Below are positions 1 through 12,375 of a stretch of 51,531 nt of DNA, piece after piece. This DNA is from Octopus bimaculoides (taxonomy: Eukaryota). Positions within the stretch are counted from its first letter, which is position 1. Every line of letters begins with the position of its first letter. The notes below the pieces were generated by a model, which was not told the origin of the DNA, did not search any database, and worked only from the letters and a program-made list of their open reading frames with translations. Where the stretch lies: the NCBI RefSeq assembly GCF_001194135.2, contig NC_068987.1:63134460-63185990 (forward strand), given 5' to 3'. A program made the translations under genes and the position numbers.

Positions 1-288
1 TATTTATATATTTGATCCTTTATATTGAACACTCAATATTTCATCTACATTCAATACTTTCTTTCATGGTGTCATCCATTTTTATTTTATTTTATTTTAT
101 TTTATATTGTATATTGTATATCATATTATATATTGTATATTCCATATTCTATACCCCACATTAGTTCTGCAGGAATATAAATAAAACATAAAAAACAGAC
201 AGTGTTGGAACTCTTTTAAGCAAAATAATATATTCCTCTATACACAATCATACAAAAAACCCCCACCTTTTTTGTATTTATTTTTACT

Positions 289-343
<55 letters not shown>

Positions 344-751
344 ATACGTGTTACCATCACCCTGCCTTGATGTTGTGTGATAGTTGTAAACGAGTGTCAC
401 CATCATGCAAGTGGTGTCCTTCATTTCTCATCTTCTGTGAAAACATGTTTAGTAATGGGGAAATATCTTATATGGAAACAAGTGAGGGTTGGTATGGAAG
501 GGCATCTGGGGCTGTAGAAAATTCACCTCAGCATATTCTGTCTGACCCAAGCAAGCATAGAAAAATGGACGTTAAAACAATAACGATGATGATGATGTGT
601 GTGTTTGGTTGGATGAACCTATGTCAGTTTTGATGATGAATATGTAGTTGTTTGATCTACTGAATATATATATGTATGTATGTATGTATGTATATATTAT
701 GAAGTTAAAAGTTACAGCTGGTCATCGAGTGACCATTGGTTTCGCACCTAT

Positions 752-815
752 AAAGTGCTCAGCAGTATAGGCGACTTTGAGTCTGAGGAGTCACTTTTAT
801 GCTGCTAAGTACTTT
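752..815 (+). mobile_element. Penelope pLTR-like fragment with hammerhead 5' half (CTGAGGA-GTCAC), internally deleted
   Basis: Inverted copy at about 1530-1573; arms 752-769 and 798-815 are self-complementary. Confidence 0.5.
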
Positions 816-1017
816 AACCACCCATAACTTTTAACTGCATAAAAAAAATATACATTACTACTCTAATGCTTTAGAGTGTGCTTACTTTTGGGATATATGA
901 ACTATTGACAATATATACATATATATAAGGAAGTTAGTAATTGTTTATTATGTGACATGAATATAATTTCATAAGTGAAAAAGATGTACTTTTGGATGTT
1001 AGTTAAAAGTTATGGGA

Positions 1018-1310
1018 TATCTGCACTTAAACGCATACAAAACGATGAAACAATGATAATTAAACAAGCAGATGAAGGGGGTGCAATTGTCATCATGGAT
1101 GTGGAATACTACAAGGATTTAGTTGAGGAACAACTAAATGACACAACCTTCTATTGTGAAATACCCTCGAACATAGACCACCACATCATGAAGAAGATCA
1201 ACCACCTAGTTTCTAAACACTACAACTCACTCACTGACAATGAAAGAGACTACATCACCAACTTCGAACCAAAACCCAGTAACTTTTACGGCTTACCCAA
1301 AATACCCAAA
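1018..1310 (+). mobile_element. Penelope-like retroelement RT N-terminal fragment
   Basis: Translation ALKRIQNDETMIIKQADEGGAIVIMD...QLNDTTFY...FYGLPKIPK matches the Penelope IIKPADKGGAIVIMD and YGLPKIHK motifs. Confidence 0.85.
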
Positions 1311-1573
1311 ATTCTCAATTCCTTACTTTGTGCAAGGATCGGTAAGTTCGCTTTGGCGATATTAAAGATGTTCTGGTGGCATGGATTTTGTGTCACTATA
1401 AACGGAATGATCTTTTCCTGTTTGTCTTTTCTTTGCGGTGTCCTCAGTTGTTGTATGGGTATTTTCGAAGCCCGCTGAATACCATTTTCTATGAGTCGTG
1501 ATGGGTATTTTTGCTTCACCAGGTACTTGAAAGTGACTCATCAGACTCAAAGTTGCCTATACTGCTAAGCACT
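1311..1573 (-). mobile_element. Penelope-like RT thumb/linker fragment plus pLTR end, inverted relative to 1018-1310
   Basis: Minus-strand translation LVKQKYPSRLIENGIQRASKIP...IIPFIVTQNP...NIFNIAKANLPIL is typical of the post-RT region. Confidence 0.75.
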
Positions 1574-1758
1574 GGCTGTGTGGTAAGTAGCTTGCTTACC
1601 AACCACATGGTTCCGGGTTCAGTCCCACTGCGTGGCACCTTGGGCAAGTGTCTTCTACTATAGCCTCGGGCCGACCAAAGCCTTGTGAGTGGATTTGGTA
1701 GACGGAAACTGAAAGAAGCCCGTCGTATATATGTATATATGTATGTGTGTTTGTGTGT
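1574..1758 (+). mobile_element. tRNA-derived SINE (family B), 5' part
   Basis: ggctgtgtggtaag...ggttcagtccc (A/B-box-like) head, then gggcaagtgtcttctactatagcc...gaaactgaaagaagccc; related copies at 35098 and 45703. Confidence 0.8.
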
Positions 1759-2079
1759 NNNNNNNNNNATAATTGTTTTGTGTCAAGTTACAGCACTCAT
1801 TTGTCAATCTGTCAGAAGTACAGTGAACCAATGATTAGCTTGTTGGAAGTCTGTAATCAATGCTGCTATTGTTCACATGTGATATATAAAATAATGAAAT
1901 CTTATTTTTTTTTTTTTTTTTTTTATAAATCATATTTGTTTGTATTGCTTTTCATATTTTATAATTGATAGAAATGTTTGAAAAAAATCATTGTTAAACT
2001 AGTTGACTGAACTTATAATTATTATTTTTTTTTATCAGTCTTTTTGATATTTATAACTATTCTTTTGATCGTCTTGCAG

Positions 2080-2229
2080 GGGAATGAGATGGGAGAGACT
2101 CTCAGCCGTTTTGCCAATGAACTGAAACTTCCTCAGCATCATTCCAGCCACCGAGACTTGACCCCATATGCTGACCTGATGCTCTGGCTCAAGAATGCGA
2201 ATTTCAATAGTTTTGTGAAACTCTCTAAG
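2080..2229 (+). CDS. EXOC1: EXOC1 exon (GNEMGETLSRFANELKLPQHHSSHRDLTPYADLMLWLKNANFNSFVKLSK)
   Basis: ttgcag|G acceptor and AAG|gtaaaa donor; 150 nt, phase 0-0; resembles EXOC1 LxLPxHHxxHRDLxxYAxLMxWLK. Confidence 0.95.
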
Positions 2230-3200
2230 GTAAAATACAATGGTCTATCCATCCATCGTCTCTGCTCACTATTTCTGGTTGAGTCATGGCGATAGAGTCC
2301 TGAAGCACCTCCTCCATAGGCTTCTATCTGAAGCAGTCGTCATTCAACCTTTCAGCTGGATTCCTAAGCACGACCATCTGAGACTATGGATATTACCCAA
2401 TCATCTCATTCTTGGTCTACCCCTAGGTATCCTACCATCTTGCAATTCTTTCTTCCAACATTCTAATCACACATCTGTTGTACCAGAGCTGTAACCTCTG
2501 AATGTATGATGTAGATTTGAAGGAGATTGGACAGATATTTCTAGTTTTTCGTACAGCCTCATAGAGGCTGTCTCATTGGCTTTTAGTAGCTTTATATAAG
2601 ATAAGCTGGTGGTATTTTTCACTTGCTTTCTTGTAAGCCTTAATAGTATAGCCAACACTCACAAGCAAATATGACTTCATAGCTTGTATCACACTTCTGC
2701 TAATTATTTTTAGTACCTCTGTAGTCTCATGCAAACATAGACATCCTGTTGGCCTTCCTACTCTTGACCCAGCAGCACATCAAGGATGTCACAGTTAGAA
2801 ATAGATAGGGCTACAGCAGTTGGTATTCTTTTTTTTTTTTTTTGGTGGGGCAAGTAGATTAGAGCAATGGGAAATGATGTGTCTTGCTCAAGGACACAAC
2901 CTTCTGCCCAGTCCAAGAATTGAACCTAAAACCTGATGATCATGAGCCCAACTGTAATCACTAAGCCACATCATTTAGGCATCATTGCTTCTTAATAGCT
3001 ATGACACCTAAGACTGGCTGGATAAGTAGGAATGCTGACTTTCCTGCTTTTACAAGGGTGTTAGCAACATCAATGAAATGCTTTCAACTGGAAATAAAAG
3101 TTAGTTTCTAGAATTGTTTTCATTGAAGCTTATATTTTGAGCTATACAGTCATTGCTTTTTACTATTCATTTTGGTCTCTTGTTTTATGTCCTTCTCTAG

Positions 3201-3303
3201 GTATACACAGAATCATTGAGCAAGCTTTATAACAAAGAGATTCAAGATTTTCTAGAATGTGCGAAGCAAAGACTTGTTGGAAAAGGAGAGAAAGGCAAAC
3301 TGA
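3201..3303 (+). CDS. EXOC1: EXOC1 exon (VYTESLSKLYNKEIQDFLECAKQRLVGKGEKGKL)
   Basis: cttctctag|GTA acceptor and A|gtaagt donor; 103 nt, phase 0-1. Confidence 0.94.
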
Positions 3304-3579
3304 GTAAGTAATTCTTACAGTGATTCATTGTGAATTAAATAACAGCTTCATCTTTTGAGTTTTCATTTGCCTTGAGTTTAGGTCAGTATATGCTCTGTTT
3401 GTATTGTAGTTTATACATTTTCTTAGAGCTGAGATTAATGTCACTTGACTTGACAAGTCTTCTCAAGCACAGCATGTTGCCAAAGGTTTCGGTCACTTGT
3501 CGTCTCCATGAAGCCCAAGATTTGAAGATCATGCTACTGGCAATGGACACGATTACATTTTCATGGGTACCAAAAAGAG

Positions 3580-3614
<35 letters not shown>

Positions 3615-4086
3615 GTCATCATCATCATCCTTTGTATTTGTGAATGAATTTTTATTTCCTTCGCATTCACTAGTTGATAAACAATGTTTTCCTGATGATG
3701 TTATTTGCTTGCAGTCCACCACAAAAGCATGTCTGGGTTTCTTGACATATCTTGACATGTGTAGTCTTTGTAAACAAAAGACTCATTCACTTGGTGCCTT
3801 TGTATCCAGTTTGTAAATAGTTTTTATGTCCACAGTGGTACTACAAACAAAGGAGAAAAAGAACTCAGTATGCTAGATAGAGTAAATATTTAATTGATGT
3901 GGTTATTGCTCCAGTTTTTAGCATTCTGTTCATTTGAGTTTAATGTCCTCTGTTCTTGATTATTCCTCTAGTGGGCCTGGCTGATGGAACAGATTCTCTT
4001 CCTGGCTGATTTCAATCTGTCTGATTCATCATTTTGAACCTGCTTTAACAGCCATAGAACATGAAATTCTGATATACACCCCCCTA

Positions 4087-4168
<82 letters not shown>

Positions 4169-4284
4169 CAGTGTGACTAAATGGTTATGCATGGCATCCT
4201 CAGCAAATGTTGTTTTCTCAAGCCTTGGGTCAACCCACTCATTGTGAATGAAATTGGGTCAACAGAATCTGTACATAAGCCCAT

Positions 4285-4520
4285 TGTTTGGATCATCATC
4301 ATTGCTTTTCATGCTGGCATGGGTTGAACGGTTTGACTGAGGACTGGCAAGCCAGGAGGCTGCACCAAGCTCCAATCTGATCTGGCAAGGTTTCTACAGC
4401 TGGATGCCCTNNNNNNNNNNTGCACCAAGCTCCAATCTGATCTGGCAAGGTTTCTACAGCTGGATGCCCTTCCTAACGCCAACCACTCCGAGAGTGTAGT
4501 GGGTGCTTTTTACATGCCAC
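4285..4520 (-). mobile_element. RTE-type LINE/SINE 3' tail with (GAT)n end
   Basis: catcatcat...ccatgctggcatggg...ctggatgcccttcctaacgccaacc motif recurring about ten times in the window. Confidence 0.7.
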
Positions 4521-4679
4521 AATTTTGTCTCACACTATGTCACTCTGATTCTGCCTGGGAATCATTAAGGACACATGCGTCTGTGGAGGCTCAGCCACTT
4601 ACATGTTAACTCAGGAGCAGGTAATTCATTGATGGAACAATTAAATCCTCATTGCCAAATGATGGACGTCTGCCATACA

Positions 4680-4712
<33 letters not shown>

Positions 4713-4761
4713 AAGAGAGAGGGATTTGTGTTTATATGTCATAGCATTTTATATATTTCAG

Positions 4762-4901
4762 ATCAGAAAACGTCTTCATCATCCAGTTTGACCAAAATGG
4801 CTGATAGAGGGCGTTCCTCCTCAATCCAAAGTGTTGATTCTGTAACATTTTCCAAGGATGGATCAGATTTAGATCTCAGTTCTAGGCAATTGTTTGATCA
4901 G
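4762..4901 (+). CDS. EXOC1: EXOC1 exon, Ser-rich linker (QKTSSSSSLTKMADRGRSSSIQSVDSVTFSKDGSDLDLSSRQLFDQ)
   Basis: atttcag|AT acceptor and CAG|gtatgt donor; 140 nt, phase 1-0; SDLD..R..FD motif. Confidence 0.92.
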
Positions 4902-6170
4902 GTATGTTTTAAACAAAGTGAATCTAGCTTGACAAAAATATTTTCTTTCTACATGTTATTGAGCCATGTCTCATTTGTCAACCAGCAGAAAATTTTATGT
5001 AAGTGTTTGGGTTGCTTACTTGAATCCTTTTTACTATAGATAAAATGAACCGAGAAAGACATAGGAAGAAGTAGTGAGTTAAAATCTTGGATGTTGAGCC
5101 TGTCACATGAGACGACAAAATAGTGAGACAGGTGGTAATATGATATGGTACTATGTGATATATATATGATATGATATGATATGGTATATGATACATACAT
5201 ATATATATGAAAAGTGGTATATGATATATAAATATATCTATATGATATATGACATTTTATGTGTGATATCATATAATGCAAAAGAAAAGTTCAAAGGTCC
5301 TTCCTGAGCTATAGGTTCACAAAGCTGATTTCCCAAATTTTGTGGCATATATATTCATGTCCTGGACAGGACACTGGTCTGTTGCAGGATTACTCATTTT
5401 TGCCAGTTGAGTGAACTGGAGCAATGTGAAATGAAGTGTTTTGCTCAAGAACACAGCACATGAACTGGTCCAAGAATCAAAACCACAATCTTATGATTAT
5501 GAGTGCAACACCGCAACCACTAAGTCACACATCCCCACATGATGCAATACAATATGACAGACCTGTATGTCTCATGCCAGTGAAGGAAAATGGAAGGCTC
5601 AAATGATAACGGTGATGAAAATACCACAACTATGATTTAAAAAAAGTTTTAATTTGTATATACTTAAATGTTGTTTAATCAGTTTGGTAGGGAAAAGCCA
5701 TGTTGGATTGGCAAATTGACTTCTATAGATGGTTGTGATATTTTGGATTTGAGGATTACTCGGATAAGACTTATGTTGTTTTGTCACACAAGAAACAAAA
5801 CTTATTCTAAAAGATTTTACATTAAAGACGCATAATAAGTATGCTGACTGAAATATTGATGTAACCCTTTTTTTTTACCGTATTTCTGTTGAAATACATT
5901 GATTTTGTTTTAATTAATTTTCAAAATAATCATAAATTTAGTAAAATAACTTCATCCTTGTTAAACTGGTATTAGGAGTATAAATTAACATGAAATTTTG
6001 ATGGAAGGTTATAATTTGGATCACTTTAAAATGGAAAGTTTGTATCACAAAGCCAGATGATACAAAGGACCTCTCCGATGTGTTAGGTTAAATAATTTAA
6101 TATAGCAATGGTCTTTACATGCTCCACAACCTAATAACATAATTCATCATTCATTTCTGCATTTGTTTGT

Positions 6171-6388
6171 TTAACCCTTCAGCATTCAGATTACTCTGTC
6201 AACTGTAATGCTTATTTATCCATATTGTTTTGAATTAATCTCATAGCTTTGAGATTTTTATTGTGTTATTGTCCATTTTCAGCATGACATTGTAGGGTAG
6301 GTATGAGAGCTCAGACCTGGCCAGTTCGAATATAAAACAGATAGAATATTTGGGCCTGATATGGCTGGTTTAAATGTCTAAGAGTTAA
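6171..6388 (+). mobile_element. TTAA-flanked piggyBac-like MITE
   Basis: TTAA|CCCTT start and ...AGAG|TTAA end; same family at 6518, 10964 and 32514. Confidence 0.7.
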
Positions 6389-6517
6389 AGTGAATTTTGT
6401 ATCCAGTGGGTCCTTATTGCTAAAGCATTAATAAAGAAAGGGACAATCAAGTTGACTCTATTATCAATATAGGGTAACACTGACAGTAAATGCTCAGTTA
6501 TTATTCTTAAAATTCCT

Positions 6518-6774
6518 TTAATCCTTTAGCATTTGAACTGGTCATATCTGACCCAGATATTCAACTTGTTTTATAGTCAAATTGGCCATATCCAGCCTCT
6601 CACACCTACTCTACTGTGTCACTCTACTCATACTTACCCTACAGTGACATTCTGAAAATAAACAGTCATGTCATTGAAATTCTTGAAGCTAAGTGATAAT
6701 TCATGATTAATTCAAAACAATGTGAATAAATAAACATTACATGTGACAGAGTAATCTGAATGCTAAAGGGTTAA
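6518..6774 (-). mobile_element. TTAA-flanked piggyBac-like MITE, inverted relative to the 6171 copy
   Basis: ttaatcctttagcatt...aatgctaaagggttaa terminal inverted repeats. Confidence 0.75.
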
Positions 6775-6803
6775 ATAATAACTATGAAAGTGGTAGTAAG
6801 TTT

Positions 6804-7034
6804 TTAACCATTTTGTTACCAACCTGACTGAAACTGGCTCTGGCTCTGAGTACAAATGTCTTGTTTTCTTAAGTTTTGAATTAAAATCTTCCACCAAACC
6901 TTAGTCACAATTTATGTTCCTAACAACACTAGCTGAATGATAACTAATTTATTTTACTAGATTCTTTGTTATATTTCAAGTAATTGAAAGAAACACAGAG
7001 CATCTCAAAATAAATACAGTAACGAAAGGGTTAA
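6804..7034. mobile_element. Second TTAA-flanked MITE family (related copy at about 37481-37694)
   Basis: ttaaccattttgttacc...gtaacgaaagggttaa termini. Confidence 0.6.
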
Positions 7035-7365
7035 AAAAATTATATAAATATTGATTTGGGCTGTCAATTGGTACTTTGCTGGGTGATACAGCTCTCTGTT
7101 GTTAGTAGTTGGGTTGTTGTATGAGATAAGTGTAACATGAACTAGCAGTGCTAGTTATCTCATGGGATACTCAAATTATCTCATGAGATAAATGATACCA
7201 GCTACAACCACATCCAAGTTAGATATAAAAAAAGAAGAAAAGTGTCATGTCTTCTCTCACAATAATGGGAACAGTATTAATGGGTCAGTATCTGAATCTT
7301 TATTGTATAATCATCAAATTCCATTTCTATCCTTAGTTTTTTTCCCCTCATTATACCTCACACTA

Positions 7366-7563
7366 AGGCAGTTAGCTGGCAGAAGTGTTAGCATGTTGGG
7401 CAAAATGCTTAGCAGCACTTCATCTGTCTTTACATTCTGAGATCATATTCCACCGAGGTTGACTTCACCTTTCATCCTATCTGGGTCAATAAAATAAGTA
7501 CCAGTTGAGTACTGGGGTTACTGCTTCCCTTCTAAATACTGGCCTTGTTTTCAAATTTGAAAC
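7366..7563 (+). mobile_element. tRNA-derived SINE (family A, core tttcatcctttcggggtcgataaaataagtaccag)
   Basis: gagctggcagaa...ctgagttcaaattcc head plus shared core. Confidence 0.75.
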
Positions 7564-7641
7564 CCTTATATCTGATACCCTCCCTGTCAAAATTTTCATG
7601 TTGCTATTTAAAAAAAAAAAAAATCATCTTTTTGTTATTAG

Positions 7642-7737
7642 ATTTTGGATAAAGTATTATCAGAACTGGAACCAGTATGTTTGGCTGAGCAGCACTTCAC
7701 AGTTCGATTTTTCCATCTGGCTGATAATTGTACATTG
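7642..7737 (+). CDS. EXOC1: EXOC1 exon (ILDKVLSELEPVCLAEQHFTVRFFHLADNCTL)
   Basis: ttgttattag| acceptor and TTG|gtaagt donor; 96 nt, phase 0-0. Confidence 0.95.
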
Positions 7738-8167
7738 GTAAGTATACCAAGAACTTGTTATTTGAAACAAAAATTTAGTGATAGATAAAATGAAGCTTTG
7801 TAGCTGAGAGCTTAAAACTTTGGACTATTGACCACACACACACTTACATATATATTGCTATCAGTTCCTATATTACTGCAACTGGCTACAATATTTGAAT
7901 ATGTATATGGAGTGAGACATTGTTGTTTAGTAAAGGAGTTCACTTTTGAACTATGAAATTAGGTGGTTTGTTCCCTCTGTATGTTGTTGGCTAACATTCT
8001 ATACCTCAGTAAAAGAGTCACCCAATAAATACCTTGTGAGTGAAATTGCTAGAGAGAAACTGTAGAAGCCTCTTATATAAGCCTCATTATTTTATATGTT
8101 TTTCTGAATTTGTCCAGTAAAGGGTTTCCTATTGACAGATGATATTATTATCATTGTGGTTTATTAG

Positions 8168-8226
8168 GAACAGAAAACCAGCTCAGAAGACGAATCAGAC
8201 CCTGGAGCTGTGAAAAAAACCAACGA
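8168..8226 (+). CDS. EXOC1: EXOC1 exon, acidic linker (EQKTSSEDESDPGAVKKTN)
   Basis: tttattag|GAA acceptor and GA|gtaagt donor; 59 nt, phase 0-2. It is needed to bridge the phase between the 7737 and 26258 exons. Confidence 0.85.
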
Positions 8227-8329
8227 GTAAGTAATTTAATGTTTCCTACTTCTTTAATCTACCAATAGCTAAAAAGTCTCAGCAGAAGGGCATCCAGGAA
8301 TCATGACCTGGATGTGGCCTGGCCTCTTT

Positions 8330-9600
8330 AGGGTATAAGAAGTTAAGGGCCAAAACACTTGTCTGAGTGGGGTTTCTTCTCTGAAGACCTTCTGCTGTTC
8401 AGGTCTTTTAAGAGTTTCTTACCACTGCCCTTCACATTATTTGCAATGTTTTACTATTTTTAACTATCTTTATTTGCAGACCTTACATATAATGCTGTTT
8501 AAAGTCTTTTTTTGTTTGTACTTTGTGAGTAAATTCTCATCACTTTGTCTGAGTGTTGTGGAAGGGTTCCAACCACCCCTCAAGTGACTAAAGGTGGACC
8601 GGCTCATTGTTATAAAGTAAAGAACTGTGAGCAATTGGCAGTTTAGATTGGTAAGCAGTTTACTGTGAACCATTGATTGAGGGTGTTGAGTCTCGTGAAA
8701 TAGTGATCGTATTGCATCGCATAAATACTTTCCAATACCAGGTTATAAAACTGTGACAGATGAATCATTAACTTCTTGGTTAAGAAGAATGGGATGGGTA
8801 ACCAACATTAATGCAATTAATCTGGAACTCAAAAAGATGGAAGTTAGGATGTTGTTAGATGTTAGGATAATGTTGGATGTTAGTATGCTATGGGCCCTCA
8901 CCTCCTGATGGAGTCTTAGGAGTATCATTGTGACATACTGTGTTTCTTGGTCAATGTTAGGCCTGGTGGAGCTCCTTCCTCTGCAAGCCTGACCACTGTC
9001 AATTTTTTCCAAAGAGAGAAAGAAAGAGAGAGAGAGAAGAATTGATCTCAGGTTAGAGCTGGTATTTTTTTATCAACTCTGAAAGGACGAAAGGCTAAGT
9101 TGATGTAATATTTGAACTCAGAGCGCAGAGAGCTGAAATGAATATGACAAAGCTCCAATGGTTCTGCAAATTCACCATCTATGTTTGGGTATTGTTGGAA
9201 GTTACGAGAGGTTTGGGGGTTTCCCACTGTGAAGTACTCTTTAGAATGAAACATTGTGATTAAAGCTTGGTATGGGTTTTAGAGAAAGGCAGTCTACAAT
9301 GGGTTTTGCTAATACTTGCAAGGGAGAAGCAATAGGTAAATTGAAAGAAAGGCTGGAAGTCAAATTGTCAGGTATATAGGTAAGCTATTATAATGGATAA
9401 TAAAAATAGCAGAGATGAATAACATTGTGGTGGTGAGCTTGAGTTTGAAGATTTTTTTTTAGTAAGGAAATTTTATTGATCATATGATAGCTTTTTTCTG
9501 CATTTGATTAAAGATATCACTGATAGGAAGTGTAGCAAGATTCCATAGTAAAGACTATTTGCACCTTGAAGAAAGTCAGTTATCATCATCTGCAACTACC
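8330..9600 (-). mobile_element. Heavily decayed Penelope-like element (RT tail to GIY-YIG region) interrupted by a SINE A fragment at about 9030-9180
   Basis: Frameshifted minus-strand peptides (GQACRGRS, ...SMVHSKL..KLPIAH) resemble the GIY-YIG region; family assignment is inference. Confidence 0.4.
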
Positions 9601-9617
9601 AAGTTTTGGAGTGGGTA

Positions 9618-10220
9618 GGTGTCTCGTTTGACAATGTTTCTCCATTCATCTTCTGCTGCTATTATTAATTGTTATATAAAGGTAGCAAGCTGGCAGAATT
9701 GTTAGTATTCCAGGCAAAATGTTTAGTGGCATTTTGCCTGTCCTTTATATTCTGAGTTCAAATTCTGCCAAGCTCAGCTTTGCTTTTCATCCTTTCATGG
9801 TTGATAAAATAAGTACCAGTCGAATATTGGGGTCAATCTAATCGGCGTACCCTCTCTCCTGAAATTGCTGGCCTCGTGCCAAAATTTGAAGTCGACTTTA
9901 CCGTTTGCCCTTTCTGGGTCGATAAAATAAATACTAGTTGAGCACTGGGGCCGATGTAATTGAATAACCCCAATTTCCGGCCTTGTACCTATAGCAGAAT
10001 GAATTATTAATTGTTACATGAAGGCAAGAAGGCAGGAAGAATTGTTAACACACTGGGCAAAATGCTTAGTGGCATTTATTCTGGTTTTATCTTCTGAGTT
10101 CAAATTCCACCAAGGTCAGTTTTGCTTTTCATTATTTTGGTGTTGAGCACTGAGGTTGATGTAATTGACTAGCCCCCTCTTCCCAAAATTTCAGGGCTTG
10201 TGCCTATAGTAGAAAGAATC
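9618..10220 (+). mobile_element. Cluster of three head-to-tail SINE A copies/fragments
   Basis: Repeated gctggcagaatt...gagttcaaattc...tttcatcc...aagtaccag...ggggtc units. Confidence 0.75.
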
Positions 10221-10963
10221 ATCAGTTGTTACATCTTCAATCTTGTTATCTCCATAATGTGATCAATCCAGTTTTTTTTTACTAGGTTTTTCTTGTAGCC
10301 TATTTCCAGAGGCTGTTCCATTGGATAATAACTTTTACAGACTATCTGTTTTTGTGAGATGCACTCAATATCTTAAGTATTTGTTAATCAAGTTCTTTTA
10401 CAAAGCACTCTTCAGTTCCAATTTGATCCAACACACACTGATTCATCCTTTTATTTCTGCCCAGCTAATTCTTAACATTCTTCTGTAACATCAAACTCTA
10501 TCTTTTTTTTCTGTCAACTTTTTCAATCTGGTAGGAAAAATTGTAATTAGTTTGTTCTTTACAGAATTCTGGGGTCAGGTTGGTCTAAAAAGATTAATGC
10601 TCTGCTGTCTTTTTTATCTCTCATGACAAAGCCCTGCAGACTAGTCTTTACAGGCTAGTTTCTGTGGACCAGTCTTTGCAGAGCAGTCTTTGCAGACTAG
10701 TGCTCTTGTGAGGGGACAATGTCTATGCTGAAATGATAACATTTAAGCTGGCAAGAGCTGTGCAGGATGTGTTAGTCCAGAATTCATGACCCACTGATGT
10801 GTAAACATGCTCTGGGTGCCACCAAGCTGCTTCTAGTTATTGATAAATATCTAGGCATGACATTAGTACCTTCATACATGAAACCTAGCTTAGAGGAGAT
10901 TACTTTCTTTAATCTCAGATAACAAGTAACCTAAGAAGTCTCTCTAATGTAAGCCACCCTTGT

Positions 10964-11191
10964 TTAACCCTTTAGCATTCAGATTACTTTGTGAAATGAA
11001 ATGCTTATTTATTCACATTGTTTTGAATTAGTCATGCATTATCTTTTAACTTTAAGGTTTCAATGATGTGATTGTTTATTCTTACAGTGACATAGTAGAA
11101 TAGATGTGAGGGGCTGGATTTGACCATTTGGAACATAAAACAGGTAGAATATTTTGGATGGATATGGCTGGATTAAATGTTAAAGGCTTAA
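10964..11191 (+). mobile_element. TTAA-flanked piggyBac-like MITE
   Basis: ttaaccctttagcattcagattac start, similar to the 6171 copy. Confidence 0.7.
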
Positions 11192-12370
11192 ACGGAACTG
11201 GGCAGCAAATATAACTGTATAACTGCCTGGTGAAATAACCTTCATTTATAAGACCTTCGCAAGGATTGACTGCCCTTGTTCATCAAGAGCTGCTTTGTTA
11301 AAAAGTACTGGTACATAAAACTTGACAGTGCAACTGTTTAGATGTTTAAAACTGTTAAACTAGTAAGAACCAACTTAAAAATAAGTATCAACATGGCCAG
11401 TGATACAATTCCATACATGCATGTATGTGTGTATACATAGAGGCATGCTTGGAAAACTGCCTAAATTCTACAAAAATGCCTTGTATCTGGATTGGAGGCT
11501 GGCTTTTTCTCTACTTGGGTGGAATTTGGAACATAAAACCAAATATGAGTTTGCATATATGACCCACAATAATATAAGGTCTGCATGTTAAATTTCCTCC
11601 ATCTTAGTTCCTTACTAACCTAATCAACAAATAACAAAAAAAAAAAAACAGAAGAAAGCTTGCTCCCTTTCAGTTTGTTGTGCCAAACTGAAACAAAAAT
11701 CTTTACCATTTCTAGAAACAGTGAGTCTTTGACAGAATGCCTGGGATAAATATCCAACCACTGATAACAATAACCATGGAATTTCATATTTTTATTTATT
11801 TATTAAATTTCAATGGCGGTAATTTCTTTTAAAATTATGTATTTGTGTGTATATATGGGTATATGTGTATGTAAGTGTGTGTGTTTGTGTGTGTGTGTGA
11901 ATGTGCATACTTGTATGTACATGTGTATGTATATATGTGTATCCATATACCTATACATACATGCATTTATATGTAAGTAAGTATGTATGTGTGTGTATGT
12001 GCACATACGTATATATATATATATATAAAAAAGTGTAGGTGGCATACGAGTGGGTATATATTTATAAAAAAGAAGTTTGAAAACGCCAATATATAAATGA
12101 ATTTTAATTTATAATTTTGTCAGAGATATTTTTAACATGTTTCGGTTCTTGAAAAAACAAACCTTATCAAAAATACATATTTAAAAAAATTAAATTAAAT
12201 GAAAAGTTCATAATTGTTCCTTACTGGTGTCAACATATATATATATATACACACACATTCCACTCTGATTTGAAACAACTATATTTATTTTATTTCATTC
12301 TATTTTGCAGATTTTCCTTTTGCTGTCTTAATATTTTATTTCCTACCATTCCTCTTCTCTCATTAACCCT

Positions 12371-12375
<5 letters not shown>

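Noticed and set aside
3372-3647. Coding-looking stretch in the phase-1 intron, where vertebrates have an alternative exon
   Set aside because: I found no acceptor/donor pair with both good consensus and phase 1-1 symmetry. The 33-nt candidate at 3972 would need a weak GC donor.
4361-4470. Exact 50-bp direct repeat
   Set aside because: The two copies flank a 10-N gap, which is the signature of an unmerged contig overlap.
8480-8524. 45-nt AG/GTGAGT-bounded segment
   Set aside because: It has TAA in the host frame and lies within an antisense retroelement remnant; at most a cryptic or poison exon.
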